From the human T2T-CHM13v2.0 reference genome, Homo sapiens, in NCBI RefSeq assembly GCF_009914755.1, contig NC_060940.1: a DNA stretch of 64,000 bases. One strand, written 5' to 3'. The notes under the pieces are model-generated. The model worked only from the letters and a program-made list of their open reading frames with translations. It ran no database searches and was not told where the DNA came from. A program made the translations under genes and the position numbers. Position 1 is the first letter of the stretch. Each line of letters starts with the position of its first letter. Below are positions 26,871 through 41,132 of this stretch, in pieces.

Positions 26871-27679
26871 CTAAACCTCGTGAGAATCAAATACATTGCT
26901 ACTAAAATCAAAAGCAAATGAACAACCAACTAACCAACAAAAAGCCCCCCGAACTTGATAGTTCATCCTGATGTGTATTGGTACCTCTGATTTAATTACA
27001 TATTCTAAATCCTATTGCCCTTTTGAAATGCAATTTTAAACTAGCTGTGGTATGATACTCCCTCTGTATGTGCATTTTCTTGTTTACTTAAAAAATAGTG
27101 GACTCCCTTGGGGGATAGAGATGATGTCCTTGGCTCCCTGTGTGTCACCACCACATACAACAAATCAGATGGACGCAGCAATCCTCTATTGTTCGATATG
27201 GATGGAGAAAGGAACAGATGAGTATGTGAGTCACAGCGTGTTACTTGGTTTCATCTCTGGAGTTTACAGCCTCCTGTGAGACCAATTCTGTATGGAGACG
27301 CATTTGTAACCTTACCTAAATGAGCAAGCAACTGGTGTTTGGAAGAATGCATTCTAATATTTCATGGTTTAGTGCCCCTAGCTTACTTAGAAATTTTGCT
27401 TCTATCTAGCTTTCTTGTAGCGAAGGTAGAAGGTGCCCGTGTGGTCCTTTTAGGGATGATCTGATGGAGCCGTGTAATCTGCTTTCTTCAGGTGCACGTC
27501 TCATCTTGAATGCCACCTTTCCCCTGATACACTCCACCTGCCCACTCGTGTTCAGCATCATCTCCAAGCACCCTGCCTCGTTCCTCTGTCCACATGCTCC
27601 ATGGTTTTGCATGGGTTTTTCTGAACCTGCTTCTGCAGCAAAGCTGCCATCTATCTAAGACGCTGACCCTTTTTAATAC

Positions 27680-28080
27680 CATTTTTCTAAAATTGACAAA
27701 TTAAAATGGTATATCCTTATTGTATACAGCATGGTGTTTTAGTATGTGTACATTGTGAAATGGCTAAATTGAACTAATTAGCATTGCATGACCTCACATA
27801 CTTACCTTATTTTTTAGGGTAAGAATACTTAAAATTTACGCTCTCAGCAGTTTTGGGGAATATAATACGCTGTGATTACCTGTAGCCGCCATGTTGCACA
27901 GTAGATCTGATGAACTCATTCCTCCTGTCTAAGTGAAAGTTTGTATTATTTGACCAATATCTCCTAAATCCTCCAGCCTCCAAGCCTCTGGTAATCACCA
28001 TTCTACTCTTGCTTTTATGAGTTTAATTTTTTTAGACGCTACATGGAAGTGAGTTCATGGGGTACATGTCTTTCTGTGTA
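27680..28080 (-). mobile_element. L1MA-type 3' end
   Basis: TACATTGTGAAATGGCTAAATTGAACTAATTA...CATGTTGCACAGTAGATCT...TTTGACCAATATCTCC. Confidence 0.8.
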
Positions 28081-29433
28081 AGGCCCTGATCCTTATGTGT
28101 TTTTCCCCCACAGTAACTTGTGTAAAACCCTATACCCAGAGAATAACAAATAAATAACAACAAAAAAAAACTATTACCAATTGAAATGGTTTAATTCACT
28201 CCAAGGGGGAAAAAAGTTTTGCAAACATCTAAGTCACTTCAGAGTGTTTTGATAGTATTTGCATGAGAATCTTAAAGCCTATAGTCATTAGGCACAAACA
28301 AATGCTAAGCAATGCACATATTAGTCCAGAGATTCTCTTTAATTCACACTTAGAGAAAAAGGGAGGTTAAGAGTTAGAACCATAGCTAATTGTGGAGCTG
28401 GGAATTGAACCCAGGTCTATATTCACTTGTTTTGACAAACATGGTACGTTACCTTGATGTCTATTGAGATTGCCTTAGCTCAAGGTAAGAATGCATTTGC
28501 TTTTTAGAAAGGAGCTAAAATGATCAGTCCCATTGTGAGGCTAAGATACGAGAAGGGTATGGTTTTCTTTATTGATTTGGACTTTGGGGTTAGACCTAGC
28601 ATTGAGGCCCAACCTTTGTAGGATCCAACTATGACAGGTGGAAAATGCCTCCCCTGGTTAGTTAGAAATTTAAATAGCTACCAAATGAGCTGAGTATTTT
28701 ATGTGCAAAGTTTTAGGTGCTACCAGTTAAATTATTTAACATCTACCTTCTTGACCCTGACTCATAAAGCGGGGGGTGTTTTTGTTAAAAGTGTAGACAA
28801 TTTCCCAAAACTATAGCAGCAATTATAGAAATCTATGTGTTCTAATTTAAGGTCCTTCCACAGTCAGGACTGAAGTCACTGAGTGGATTGGTGGTTGAAA
28901 TCATTTCTTCTTTGTATGCCAGGGTTTTCCAGGGAGAAAAGTGAAAGAAAACACAAAGGTTTGGTTCAATAAGAGGAGCACTTGATGTCAACTCTGTCTT
29001 CCCAGCCAGTGAGTGGCAGAATCCTTCTATTTCTAGCCATTTACTTATTTTGAACCCAGACCATTTATTTTCTAAAAACAGATTACTCATGTGGTAGTTT
29101 ATATACCAAACTGTAGAATTTTTCATTCCAAAGACACATGGAAATGCCTCTTTATGCTCCTAACAAACAGTAACAGATTATGCACACAGAGCATCTACTG
29201 TAAGTAAATAATAATAAGTTAAGCTGAAGGGACACACACAGAATCTATACCAGGCATATCTGAAGGGGAACTCATATGCCAGCGGCAGCCTTCCATGCTT
29301 GTGACATGGGCCCGGAGAACTGAACAGGTGATCCTTTCACCAAACCCAGAGGGTGATCTTGAAAACTTAATTAAAGCAGAGTTCTTCCAGGCAGCCGAAA
29401 TTATTAGTTCAGAGTTGGTACTCATGTTGAAAT

Positions 29434-30400
29434 CTGTGTTAGTTTTTTATTGTGGCCCTAACAAATTACCACAAAAAAAATAGTGGTTTATAGAACACAA
29501 ATTTACTATTCTGCAGTTCTTTAGGTCAGAATTTCAACAAGAATCTCACTGAAGTAAAACTGAAATGTCGCCAAGGCTGTGTTTCTTTTGGAGGCTCTAG
29601 GAGAGAATCCTTTTTTTTTTTTTTATCATTCTGATTGCAGTCAGAGTCCAATTCCCTGTAGTTGTAGAACTGAGGTCCCTGTTTTCTTTTTTTGTTTTCT
29701 TTTTTTATTTTATTATATTTTAAGTTTTAGGGTACATGTGCACAATGTTTAGGTTAGTTACGTATGTATACATGTGCCATGTTGGTGTGGTGCACCCATT
29801 AACTCATCATTTAGCATTAGGTATATCTCCCAAAGCTATCCCTCCCCCGTCCCCCCACCCCACAACAATCCCCAGAGTGTGATGTTCCCCTTCCTGTGTC
29901 CATGTGTTCTCATTGTTCAATTCCTACCTATGAGTGAGAATATGTGTTGTTTGATTTTTTGTCCTTGCGATAGTTTACTGAGAATGATGATTTCCAATTT
30001 CATCCATGTCCCTACAAAGGACATGAACTCATCATTTTTTATGGCTGCATAGTATTCCATGGTGTATTTTACTGGGTGTGAGCTGAGGGTCATTCCTAGT
30101 GTCTAGAGGGCGCCATTTTTTTTTTTTTTTTTTGTAATTCATGGCTCCTTCCTTCATCTTTAAAGCCAGCCATGGTTTCATGAATCACTCTCATGGTTTG
30201 ACTCTCTCGTGCCTCTTCTTCTGTTGTATCTGTCGGACTGGTTTCTCTCCTGCTTTTAAGGGTTCATGTGATTACGTTGGGTCCACCCAGATTATCCAGG
30301 ATAATCTCCCTATTTTAAGATCCGTAATTATAATTCCATTGGCAAAATCCTGTTTGCCATGTACCATAGCATACATAGATCTAAGATCAGCCAGCCAAGA
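29434..30400 (-). mobile_element. MLT1D/E-like MaLR LTR split by an L1PA
   Basis: TAACAAATTACCACAAA...GGAGGCTCTAGGAGAGAATCC...ATCCAGGATAATCTCCCTATTTTAAG. Confidence 0.8.
29688..30067 (-). mobile_element. 5'-truncated young L1PA 3' end
   Basis: TTTAAGTTTTAGGGTACATGTGCACAA...CCCTACAAAGGACATGAACTCATC. Confidence 0.92.
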
Positions 30401-30740
30401 TTGTCGGTCCAAAATCATGCCACACTAGTTATGTAGTATCCCCACTCTAAGTAGACTGATTCTCCATGTGTATTCAAACACTGCAGACATTTGATTTGTG
30501 TTCTGGGATGGTCCACCTCCATTTTCATATAAAATATAGAAAGTCAGAGACCAGAGCATTCAGAACTACCATCCAAGGTAGCCCAGGGTGGCCATTGGCC
30601 CAGGACTCACCTCTACCTGCCTTTTGAACTTCTTCTTTTGCAGTCCCTACTGGCATTCATTGCTTCACCATTTAAGTCCAGCTGTTACAAAAGAAGCATT
30701 GTTAGAATGTCTACCATAATAGTACTGACTCTTTGATACT

Positions 30741-31052
30741 ATTATTATTATTATTATTTATTATTTTGAGACAGAGTTTCACTCTTGTTTCCCAGGCTGG
30801 AGTGCAATGGTGCAATCTCAGTTCATTGCAACCTCTGCCCCTCCGGGTTCAGGAGATTCTCCTGTCTCAGCCTCCCAAGTAGCTGGGATTACAGGTCCCT
30901 GCCACCACACCCAGCTAATTTTTTGTATTTTTAGCAGAGATGGAGTTTCACCATGTTGGCCAGGCTGGTCTCGAACTCCAGACCTCAAGTGGTCCACCTG
31001 CCATGGCCTCCCAATGTGCTGGGGTTTCAGGCATGAGCCACCGCGCCCGGCC
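30741..31052 (-). mobile_element. Alu (AluS) with (TTA)n tail
   Basis: Antisense Alu; TSD TGATACTATT. Confidence 0.95.
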
Positions 31053-31329
31053 TGATACTATTTTATTACTTGATAGTTCTGTTGATTTCTACTCACGAAG
31101 TGTGTCAAGTAAGGTAATGAGAATGTAGAAATGTAAAATTATTAAAACCAGAAGCATTTGTATGTGTCACTTAAGTGCTAAGTAAAACACATGAATGAAT
31201 GAGTGAATGGATGTTTCTAAAGACTCTAGGAGATGTCTGTAGCAGATGGCATCAGATCCCTGACATTATTTTATCACCCACTCCTTTATGTCAAAAGCTG
31301 GCTATGAAAAACACCTATGAACCTATATA

Positions 31330-31700
31330 TTTTTTAATCCTTTAATTTATTTATTTTTTAATTATTGTTTTTTAAGTTCCAGGATACATGTGCAGGATGT
31401 GCAGGTTTGTTACATAGGTAAACATGTGCCATGGTGTTTTGCTGCACCTGTCATCCCACCATCTAGGTATTAAGCCCTGCGTGCATTAGCTGTTTTCCCT
31501 AATGCTCTCCCTCCCATCAGTCTCCCCAAAGAGGCCCGGTGTGTGTGGTTCCCCTTCATGTTTCTGTGTGTTCGTTGTTCAGCTCCTACTTACAAGTGAG
31601 AGCATGCGGTGTTCAGTTTTCTGTTCCTGTTTTCGTTCACTGAGGATAATGGCTTCCAGCTTCATCTATGTCCTTGCAAAAGACATGATAGTGTGCTTTT
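31330..31700 (-). mobile_element. 5'-truncated older L1PA 3' end
   Basis: AGGATACATGTGCAGGATGTGCAGGTTTGTTACATAGGTAAACATGTGCCATGG. Confidence 0.9.
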
Positions 31701-31779
31701 ACACTGAACCTCTTCATAAGGGCTATTTTTCTGGCTATGGGACACATTCCTTTCACGGCCTGGGTAAGCAAGAAGCATC

Positions 31780-32092
31780 ATGGAATTAACAACCCTGGAA
31801 AAAGCACTCAACTGAGGATAAATGGGGACTTAGTGGATCGTGCCCCAGCTTCCTCATGCGCTAGAGTAAGTGGGGCAGCATCGAGGTGTGTTCTGCCATC
31901 TCCCAGAGCTCTACAATGGGATTAAGCCCCAGTTGCCCATAGTGGGCACTTGCTCGTTAACAAAAATTGTGTTCCTCCTATCCATGTCTCAATTTCCATT
32001 CCCCATTGATGTTCCCTTACATCACTCCAAAATGTAGAATTTGCGCTTGAATTTTACCCCAGCTCTGCTTTCAGGGAAACGGAAACTAAAAT
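31780..32092 (+). mobile_element. LTR16-like ERVL LTR fragment
   Basis: GGGATTAAGCCCCAGTTGCCCATAG...CTGCTTTCAGGGAAACGGAAACTAAA. Confidence 0.55.
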
Positions 32093-33748
32093 AGTACATT
32101 CGCCATAATGAGAAACACCATAGCCTAATAATTCCATCAAGTAAGGTTTTCTGATCAGTGGATATTCTCATCATCATCCTTTTGCCATCAGTCTTTTATC
32201 CCTCCTCCTCTTTTTCCTCTCTTGCACAGTACATCACTGCTGTTGTAGGATGTGGATTCTTGGATTATTGAATAGGTTTGCAAGCAACTGCCGCTGTGCT
32301 CATGGTGCATTTCCCAAAAGTTAAAAAACTTGAGTTTGGCTCACTGAGCGATCAGAGCACGAGGTTTTGATGGCACAGTGTCTTGCTCACATATGAGGAG
32401 ACTGATGTATTTGCTGCCACATTCCACTCATTTATACTTGCCTCAGTGTGGTTTCTTATTTGCAGGTTGCTTTTAACAATATAGATGCTTTCCTGGATAG
32501 AGAACATGGAGGCATGATTTTGGAAAACTTGTCTGCCTCAGATGCACCCACGCATACACAGATATATGCATATACCGAGTATTCTGATAACAACTTAGAG
32601 ATTTAAATATTTTTGGCAATTTTGTGGTGTTATTTTCAGGGGTTGTATATTCTTAATCTTGATTGCATATGTGTCTTGACATCTTTACGCCAAAGGCATG
32701 TTTTTATAGATGTCTGAATTAAACACTGAACTCTTTTCAAGATAGCTGAGTTTACGTTTAAGTGGTTTTGATTAACCTGGGTTTGCTTATTTGCTCCTAA
32801 ATGTTCTAATGCAGAGCCATCTCCCTTGGCATGAAGTGATTTGGGAGCACAGCTTTAGTAATAATACTTTTCTAAGTAGGCAAGAGCATCCTGCCCTGAA
32901 TGTTTCCCAAAACTGGCCTTAAACTGAAGAATTGAGGTTTAGCCATCCCCCTTCCCCTTAGCCATTCAGGTGGTGCGGATTGGGAAACTGGAACCTAACT
33001 GCACAGACACCAAATTGACCAAGGGTGACAAAACCAGCACTGACAAGACTGTGGTTGTTGGGTAGGTGAAGGGTTCATGAGCTAGTAAGCAGGACTCAGC
33101 TTGGAATTTGGAAAATCCTTAGTGCAAGCAATTTTGCCCAGAGTGGCATGTTGTCAAGTTGTCCTCAAGCTACATTTGCCATTAAGAGAAATGAACTTCA
33201 AAAAACAGCATAGCCCTTCACAAGCCTATCTTTACTCAAAGCCTGAGAAAGGAGGGTCCCATCTGGCTTAACACATTACAATTTCTTCACAAGTGGAGCT
33301 TCTCGGCTGCTACCCTGAAGCTTCCGTTTTGACTAGTATTGGTTCTTAGGTATCACAGAGGAATTAGATTATTCTAAAAGCTTTTATTGAGCATATACTA
33401 CATACACCACTAGGAGAATAGTAATGTCTTGCTCTCAAGGGCTGTGCATTCTGGTAGGTGGTGTGAAAAGGTAGGTATATGTAATTATAATGCCAGGAAA
33501 AAGAAAATGCGATTTGTTAGTCATGAAATTAGGTGTTAGAAAAGCGCAGAGGAGAGTATTATTACCCCTCCTAGCCTCCTAGCTGCAGGAAGTGTGGCAG
33601 ATCATTTAAAGGATATATATGTATTACATACATATTATATTTTATGTATCTGCTAATTCTTGGATTTTTGAATAGATTTGAAAGCAACTACAACTTGATC
33701 ACAAATTGTTGTTGGGGTCACAACTGACCCCAACACTAATTTGCCCAG

Positions 33749-33751
<3 letters not shown>

Positions 33752-33785
<34 letters not shown>

Positions 33786-33842
33786 TCTGTATACATAACC
33801 TGGGTAATTTATACATACATACATACATACATATATATATAT
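33752..33842. repeat. (TG)n plus (TACA)n/(TA)n microsatellites
   Basis: Direct reading. Confidence 0.9.
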
Positions 33843-33869
33843 TTTCCCAGTATTGAAATACTACCTGAA

Positions 33870-34690
33870 TTCTAGGTCCCTATACACAAAAAGTTACTGT
33901 TTATTTTAACTTAAATATCACTTAGACATCTTAAACTTCATATACCCAAATTCACACTCATCATCTGTGTCTTCTACACACACACACCTGCCCATTAATC
34001 TGCTCTTCCTCCCTTATCATGTCTTTTTACAACAGCTCCTAATTCAGTTGTTGAGACCAGAAGCTCAGCTGTTGCTCTTCACTACTACATCTTTTTCAGC
34101 TCTACCTTCTCCTTTAGATTTGTGATTCCTAATATCTCTTAAGTCTATGAATTCCTCTCAAAATTCACTCTCGCAAACCTACTCGAAGTCATAACGATTT
34201 CTAAACTAGATTATTTCAATAGCATTCCAACTTTCTGACCCGTTCTCTAGTCTTTGTTCCTTTTACGGTAAACATGTATCTTGAGCTGCCTGGAACAATA
34301 GTAGTTACAACTGTTGTCCTGGTATAATTATTAATAGCACTTTCTTCTTTCCCCAGAAAGTCCTGGTTTGGAGAATAAATTATGATCACTGAACCTTCTA
34401 TTCACTCCTTAGGGCCAGAATGACCTTTAAAGAGCTTAATTAATGCTACTCTTATTCTTCATTCATCACTTTCATTACAGTGCTTATCACCTTCCTTACG
34501 CTTACCCACAATCTGTTATTCCCTCGTTTGTTTTGTGGTTTACTTGGTCATGGTTTCTCGTTCTCCTGTCTTCTTACTCCCTTTAGATTGACTCCTCTTA
34601 AGGGTAAGAGAATGCTTATTTTGTTCTTAACTCTACTCTCTACTGCCTATAACATAGTAGAAACTAAATATTAATACATGTTTGCAAATA
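33870..34690 (+). mobile_element. L2 remnant with a nested MER94-like hAT-Blackjack element (about 34266-34392)
   Basis: L2-like AGACATCTTAAACTTCA; MER94-like CTGTTGTCCTGGTATAATTATTAATAGC...GTCCTGGTTTGGA...ATAAATTAT. Confidence 0.55.
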
Positions 34691-35297
34691 CCAGTGGCTA
34701 TTGTTTTTTGTTGTTAATACAATGAAAGAATCAGTATGCACCAATAACATAATCTGGCTACAAGATAACCGTTATTCTAGAAAGCTGCCCTAGGAAGAGA
34801 TTTCAGAATATTTCAGAGGATCTTCTGTTTTTTGCCATGTTAGAATAACTTGTACCATAAACAACTTTAATACTGGACAAAATATATGAAGCATCATTTT
34901 CAGGCAATGGGTACAAAGCAGCACAGAGCTGTGATCCTTCAGAGAATCGGAGACATGTGAGATGAAGCTACCGTTGGCCCAGTTTTATTCCTGGGAGGAA
35001 CGTCTTGAACATAAGTGCTCTGAGATGAAGAATTTACAAGTTGGGGATGAGGAAGTAGCTGGAATTTGTGGAACCGGTTGCTACAGAAAGGACAGATCTG
35101 TGTGGGAAGGAGAAGTCTCCATGCCCTGAGTTCTTGGCTGAGGAATAAGCCACTTATGTGCAGGGTCAGGCTTTGTGAGTCCTCACAGGGAGGGTTAACT
35201 GTGACACAGAGGCCAGGGTAGAGGTAGTACAGGTTGTAGGTATTCAGTTGAGACTCCAGAAAGATCAGACTTTAGGAGTAAAGTGTGTATCTTAGGG

Positions 35298-35482
35298 CAA
35301 GGGTCAGCAAATTATGCTCTGCAGGCAACATCTGGCTATGGGCTGTCTTTGTAGTCTGTGATCAACTAAAATGGGTTTTAGATGATTAAAACTTAATAAT
35401 ATGTGACTGAGACTATTTTACCTGCAAAGCCTAAAATTTCTACTATTTGGCTCTTTTCAGAAAATGTCAGCCAATCCCTTCC
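35298..35482 (+). mobile_element. MER58-family hAT element
   Basis: CAAGGGTCAGCAAATTATG...CCTGCAAAGCCTAAAAT...CAGAAAATGTCAGCCAATCCCT. Confidence 0.7.
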
Positions 35483-35725
35483 CTATATGAAGGGGCATGG
35501 CCCATGACTGTAGACAAATCCTAAGAAGATCTTCCCAACAAAGCATGAAAATGAGCTTTACAGGGTCAAGAGCATGCATGAGTTAGCCGAGCGCTGCCAG
35601 AACAAAACTCAACCACCATTTAAAGAAAGACGATATAATTCAGACCCCCTACAATTCGTTCTATGTATTGAAATCCACACAATTGAAATGTCCAATGGTA
35701 AATGTCCAGTAATGATAAATACCAT

Positions 35726-36042
35726 GGCTGGTGTGGAGGCTCACACGTGTAATCCCAGCCCCTTTGGGAGGTCGAGGTGAGTGGAGCACTTGAGCCCAAG
35801 ACTTCAAGACCGGCCTGGGCACCATGGCAAAACCCCTTCTCTACAAAATAATAAAAAAAAATATATACAAAAAAAAATTACACAGGAACGGTGGCACATG
35901 CCCTTGGTACCAGTTACTCAGGGGGCTGAGGCAGGAGGATTGTTTGAGCCCAAGAGGTCAGAGTGAGCTGTGATTTCATGACTGCACTCCAGCCTGGGTG
36001 ACAGAGCAAGGCATTGTCTCATAAAAATAACAAATAAATAAA
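35726..36042 (+). mobile_element. Alu (AluJ-like)
   Basis: Diverged sense Alu with GGAGGATTGTTTGAGCCCAAGAGG. Confidence 0.9.
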
Positions 36043-36087
36043 TACTAGATGTGTAGAAAAGAAAAAAAAATTGACTGACAATCCAGA

Positions 36088-36302
36088 GCAGTGTTTGGCA
36101 AGCCACAGTTTATGAGACAGCTCCCTGTTTCTGTAAATATTCTTATTTCATTGGAATATAGTCATTCCTATTTGTTTCCATTTTGCCTATGGCTTCTTTT
36201 GTTTTGTAACAAGAAGGTTGGACAGTTTCAACGGAGACCATATGGCCCACAGAGCCTACAATATTTGTTTTCTGTCTCTTTTAAGGAAATGTTTTGTCCA
36301 CT
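36088..36302 (+). mobile_element. MER58A-like element
   Basis: TTGGAATATAGTCA...CCTATGGCT...GAGACCATATGGCCCACAGAGCCTA. Confidence 0.7.
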
Positions 36303-36497
36303 GATTAGGAGAAAAAACAGTCAGTAGAAAGGGACTACAAGATGACCCAAATGTTAGGATTGAAGTAGACAAGGACTTTGAAATAACTGTTTGAAATATT
36401 GTAGGGTTTATAGGAAAAGATGGACATGATGAGTTCGCAGATGGGAAGTCTCAGAAATCGAATGAAAACCATAAGCAAGAACCAAACTGAGATTCTG

Positions 36498-36590
36498 TTA
36501 GGTTGATGCAAAAGTAATTACGGCTTTTGCCATTAAAATGATAATAATTAAAATAATGGCAAAAGCTGCAATTATTTTGCATCAACCTAA
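36498..36590. mobile_element. MADE1 mariner-derived MITE (miR-548-type palindrome)
   Basis: TTAGGTTGATGCAAAAGTAATT...TTTTGCCATTA / TAATGGCAAAA...TTTTGCATCAACCTAA, followed by TA. Confidence 0.93.
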
Positions 36591-37678
36591 TAAAATTGAC
36601 AGTACAGTATCTGAAATGTAAACATCAGATTGTAAAATGCTGAATACAGAAATCTGTTAACTTGAAGACAGTGAAGAATAGAACTAAGGAACAGGAAGAA
36701 GAAAAATATTGAAAAAAATTGAAAAAAGCCTCAGTGATTTATGGGAAATATCAAGCATTTAAATACATATAATTGGATTTCTGAATGGAGAGAAGAGACA
36801 GACAATGGGACAAAAAACCATTTTAAGGAATAAAAGCTAAGATTTTCCAAATTTGGTGAAAACATCAGCTTATACTCCAGAGAGCATGGGGAAAAACAAG
36901 CAGTATAAGCATAAGAAAAAATTATACCTGAAAACATTATAAAGAAATGCTTAAAACCAAAGATAAACAGATGCATTTTCTTTTGGAAAAGAGATCTATA
37001 TTTGTCTATTGCGCAACATATCTCTGTAATGAGTACAGGTAACTAAGTTCTCTAAAGCCATCCCCCAGTGAGACATTGTGAAAACTTCTGGGATTGGAAA
37101 TGGTGAGGTTGGGAAGAGGTAGGGGAGCTCATTGAGAGTAGAATCAAAGGGAAGTCAAAGGGTGAGAATTAAAGAAAAAGAGAAAAAAGGGGCAAAGGAA
37201 CTCCCCAAAGCGTAAAAGCAACATACGGCAAATTCGATAGTAGCCAAGATGAAGTTCTGTGTTATTTGAAATGTGTACTCATGGGGCTGAGGCTGTGCAG
37301 TTGATCTTACTACAGACAAGTTGGTTTTGTTCTGTTGCATAGGTACAGACTGCAGTGATGTTGCATATATAGGGAATCCACTTCTGGGTACCAACAGTAA
37401 AAGTGCTTCATTGCTCAGTGATGATCAAACCGTCTTCAAATGCAAGCAGTTATTGGTTTTAGTTAACAATTATTTATAGAGCACTGAGAGGTTGCCCAAA
37501 AGAACTCTAGGAGAAGAGTTGGGAAGTCAAAAACTTTCAGTTGCTGTGTTGCCTTGTAACAGTGTTTGTTAGCATACATGATTAGGGGAAAGAAGGATAA
37601 AACAGTTGCAAGTATTTAATAATCTGGAAGTTTTACAGAAATATCTAGATTTTTTTTGGCTTCTCTTTAAAACAATAA

Positions 37679-38043
<365 letters not shown>

Positions 38044-38158
38044 TGGGCTTGCATTTCAACATGTAAACAATTTCCTGTAACTGAATAACCATGGCTTTAT
38101 TTGAATGAGGCATACTACACTTTGCCACCGTCCTTGCACTTCCCTATTAGTCCCCTAA

Positions 38159-38495
<337 letters not shown>

Positions 38496-40515
38496 ATTTT
38501 TTTCTTTATGGTAGAATTAAGTAGAAATGAAATCATTTATTTTACCCGAGTCTTTGTCAAAACCAGCAAAAGAAAAGACCAAGAAGAGTCCCATGCTTGA
38601 GAAAAAAGTTAAGAAAATAGGATATACCAGATTTCTTGGTGGAAGTGTAAAATATTTTCATATGCCTAATATACAAAAAATAATGCCATATCCCTTCTCA
38701 CTTGACTCAAATGGAACACCTGTGGGATGCCTGCAGATACTTGAATTTCTTCAAATTACTGCTTTAGCAAAACTTTATTTTTGCACATGAAATTTTTTTC
38801 CTCCCAATAATATACCATCATACTAACAAAGGTTAACAACACAAAGTGTAAACAATTCTAAATACCACCTTCCCATTTCTAACCAAGATGTTCACTCGTA
38901 ACAGTGTATGCATAATATGAAATGACCAGTTTAAACTTCCATTCCAATGTCATGGTTTATATGCCCACTCATATACCTCCTGTGAGCCCTGGGGATAATG
39001 ACACAGTTTCTTGTACAATTTAAGTGGTGTCACCTCTCTGGAGACCAGTGAACAGACTGCTGGTTGTTGTCTTAGTTAAACACTTACTTTCTAACAATTT
39101 TCTAACATTGCATTTCTGAAACAGCTTGGAAATGTGCAGTGTTATTGGGTGTACGCGAGAGAGGTGGGCAAAGACATCCATCTGATTTCTTGGAACAGGG
39201 CCATTTAGTTAGTGGACGAGACCTCAGAGGTTTTCTTTGCACAGACTTCTCCTGATGCACTTATAATTTTCTGCCCAGAAATCTCTTCAAGGCCTGTGGA
39301 GTTTTAGCTCTGGGGGAATTATTCCTCTGAATAAGCGGTTTCCCAGCTGCGCACATAATGCTCCAATCAGGCTAGTCTTTGTTCAGACAATCCATGAGGG
39401 GAAATGTTGGCATTGGTGGGCAAGGTACTGTTAGCCCCACTGTCTCAAAGTACATCGGTGATGTCCATGTGTAACTGACCAAAGTAAATGCAGTTTTGCA
39501 AACTGCAATGAGTTTTACGTGATGAATTTTCCTACAAAAGTCAAAATGGGAAATTCAGGTTAGTGTAGGTGGTGAAGCTACTACATTTATTAGCATCAAA
39601 AGCACAGAGTCTCAAAGACGAACTAATCTGTGAATAACTGTGCCATTAGTAAGATCATAAACATGGACTAATGGGGATATGGTACAGTGAAATGCTGGTA
39701 TTTGCAGCCTGTCATCATATTAGTACAATGATGAAATTTGCTGCTAAGTTCCTCAGCAAATGTTCAGTATCATGTTTGTGCCTTTTTGTTATAATTTGTA
39801 CCGTATTAGTAGCAACTTACCATATTAGTGACTTTAAAATGTTTTTAAAATTATATCTGTCGGGTTGATAGAAATGGAATGTTCTGGGGTTGTGCAAGTA
39901 TTAGTCGTATTAAACTTGTCCTGTTAGCAGCTTTCCCTTGAACTGATACTTAAATGAGGTTTTGATATAAACAAAATGTGCTTCTGAGATGTGCTTCCAG
40001 CTACAACCAATTTCTCCCAGTCCATTAGCTACTTTGTATCCCTTTTAAGCAACTTGAGATTGTGCTTTTATTGAGGAGCCAAAATGTTTGCTCAACTCAT
40101 TAGGCCAAACAGAGAGAAAGTAAACTCAAGGGCTGTGCTGTCTCCTGAGTTACTCTGGGGCCCGGTGAATGGAGCATTACCTCCATCACTGCTAAGACAG
40201 ACAAACACCTTTTGAGATTTTCCTGCCTTTGCCTCTCTCTACCACTTGCTCCTCCTCCTCTTTGGCTCATGAGAAAGGCTGGTAACTCCACTGTTCATTC
40301 TTTCTCATCTTTAGTCTCTGGATTTCAAAAGTCATCGTTTTCCTGCAGAAGAAGGAGAAAGGAGCATTGAATAGGCAAACCAGCTGATGTCCACTATACA
40401 GAGTTTTTTGGTGTTAGAAAAGCTGGTTTAGAAACCACCTTAGGAAGTGACCTAACCCAGAAATGGTTTATCTTTGTAAAATGGCTTTCTCTTGTTTATA
40501 ACCAACCCCATATAC

Positions 40516-41132
<617 letters not shown>

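Larger units (their letters stand above)
34790..36980 (+). mobile_element. Old L1M 5'/ORF1 remnant hosting nested MER58, Alu and MADE1 insertions
   Basis: A-rich sense strand; CTGGACAAAATATATGAA; GCCTCAGTGATTTATGGGA...TTTTCCAAATTTGGTGAAAAC is ORF1-like. Confidence 0.65.
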
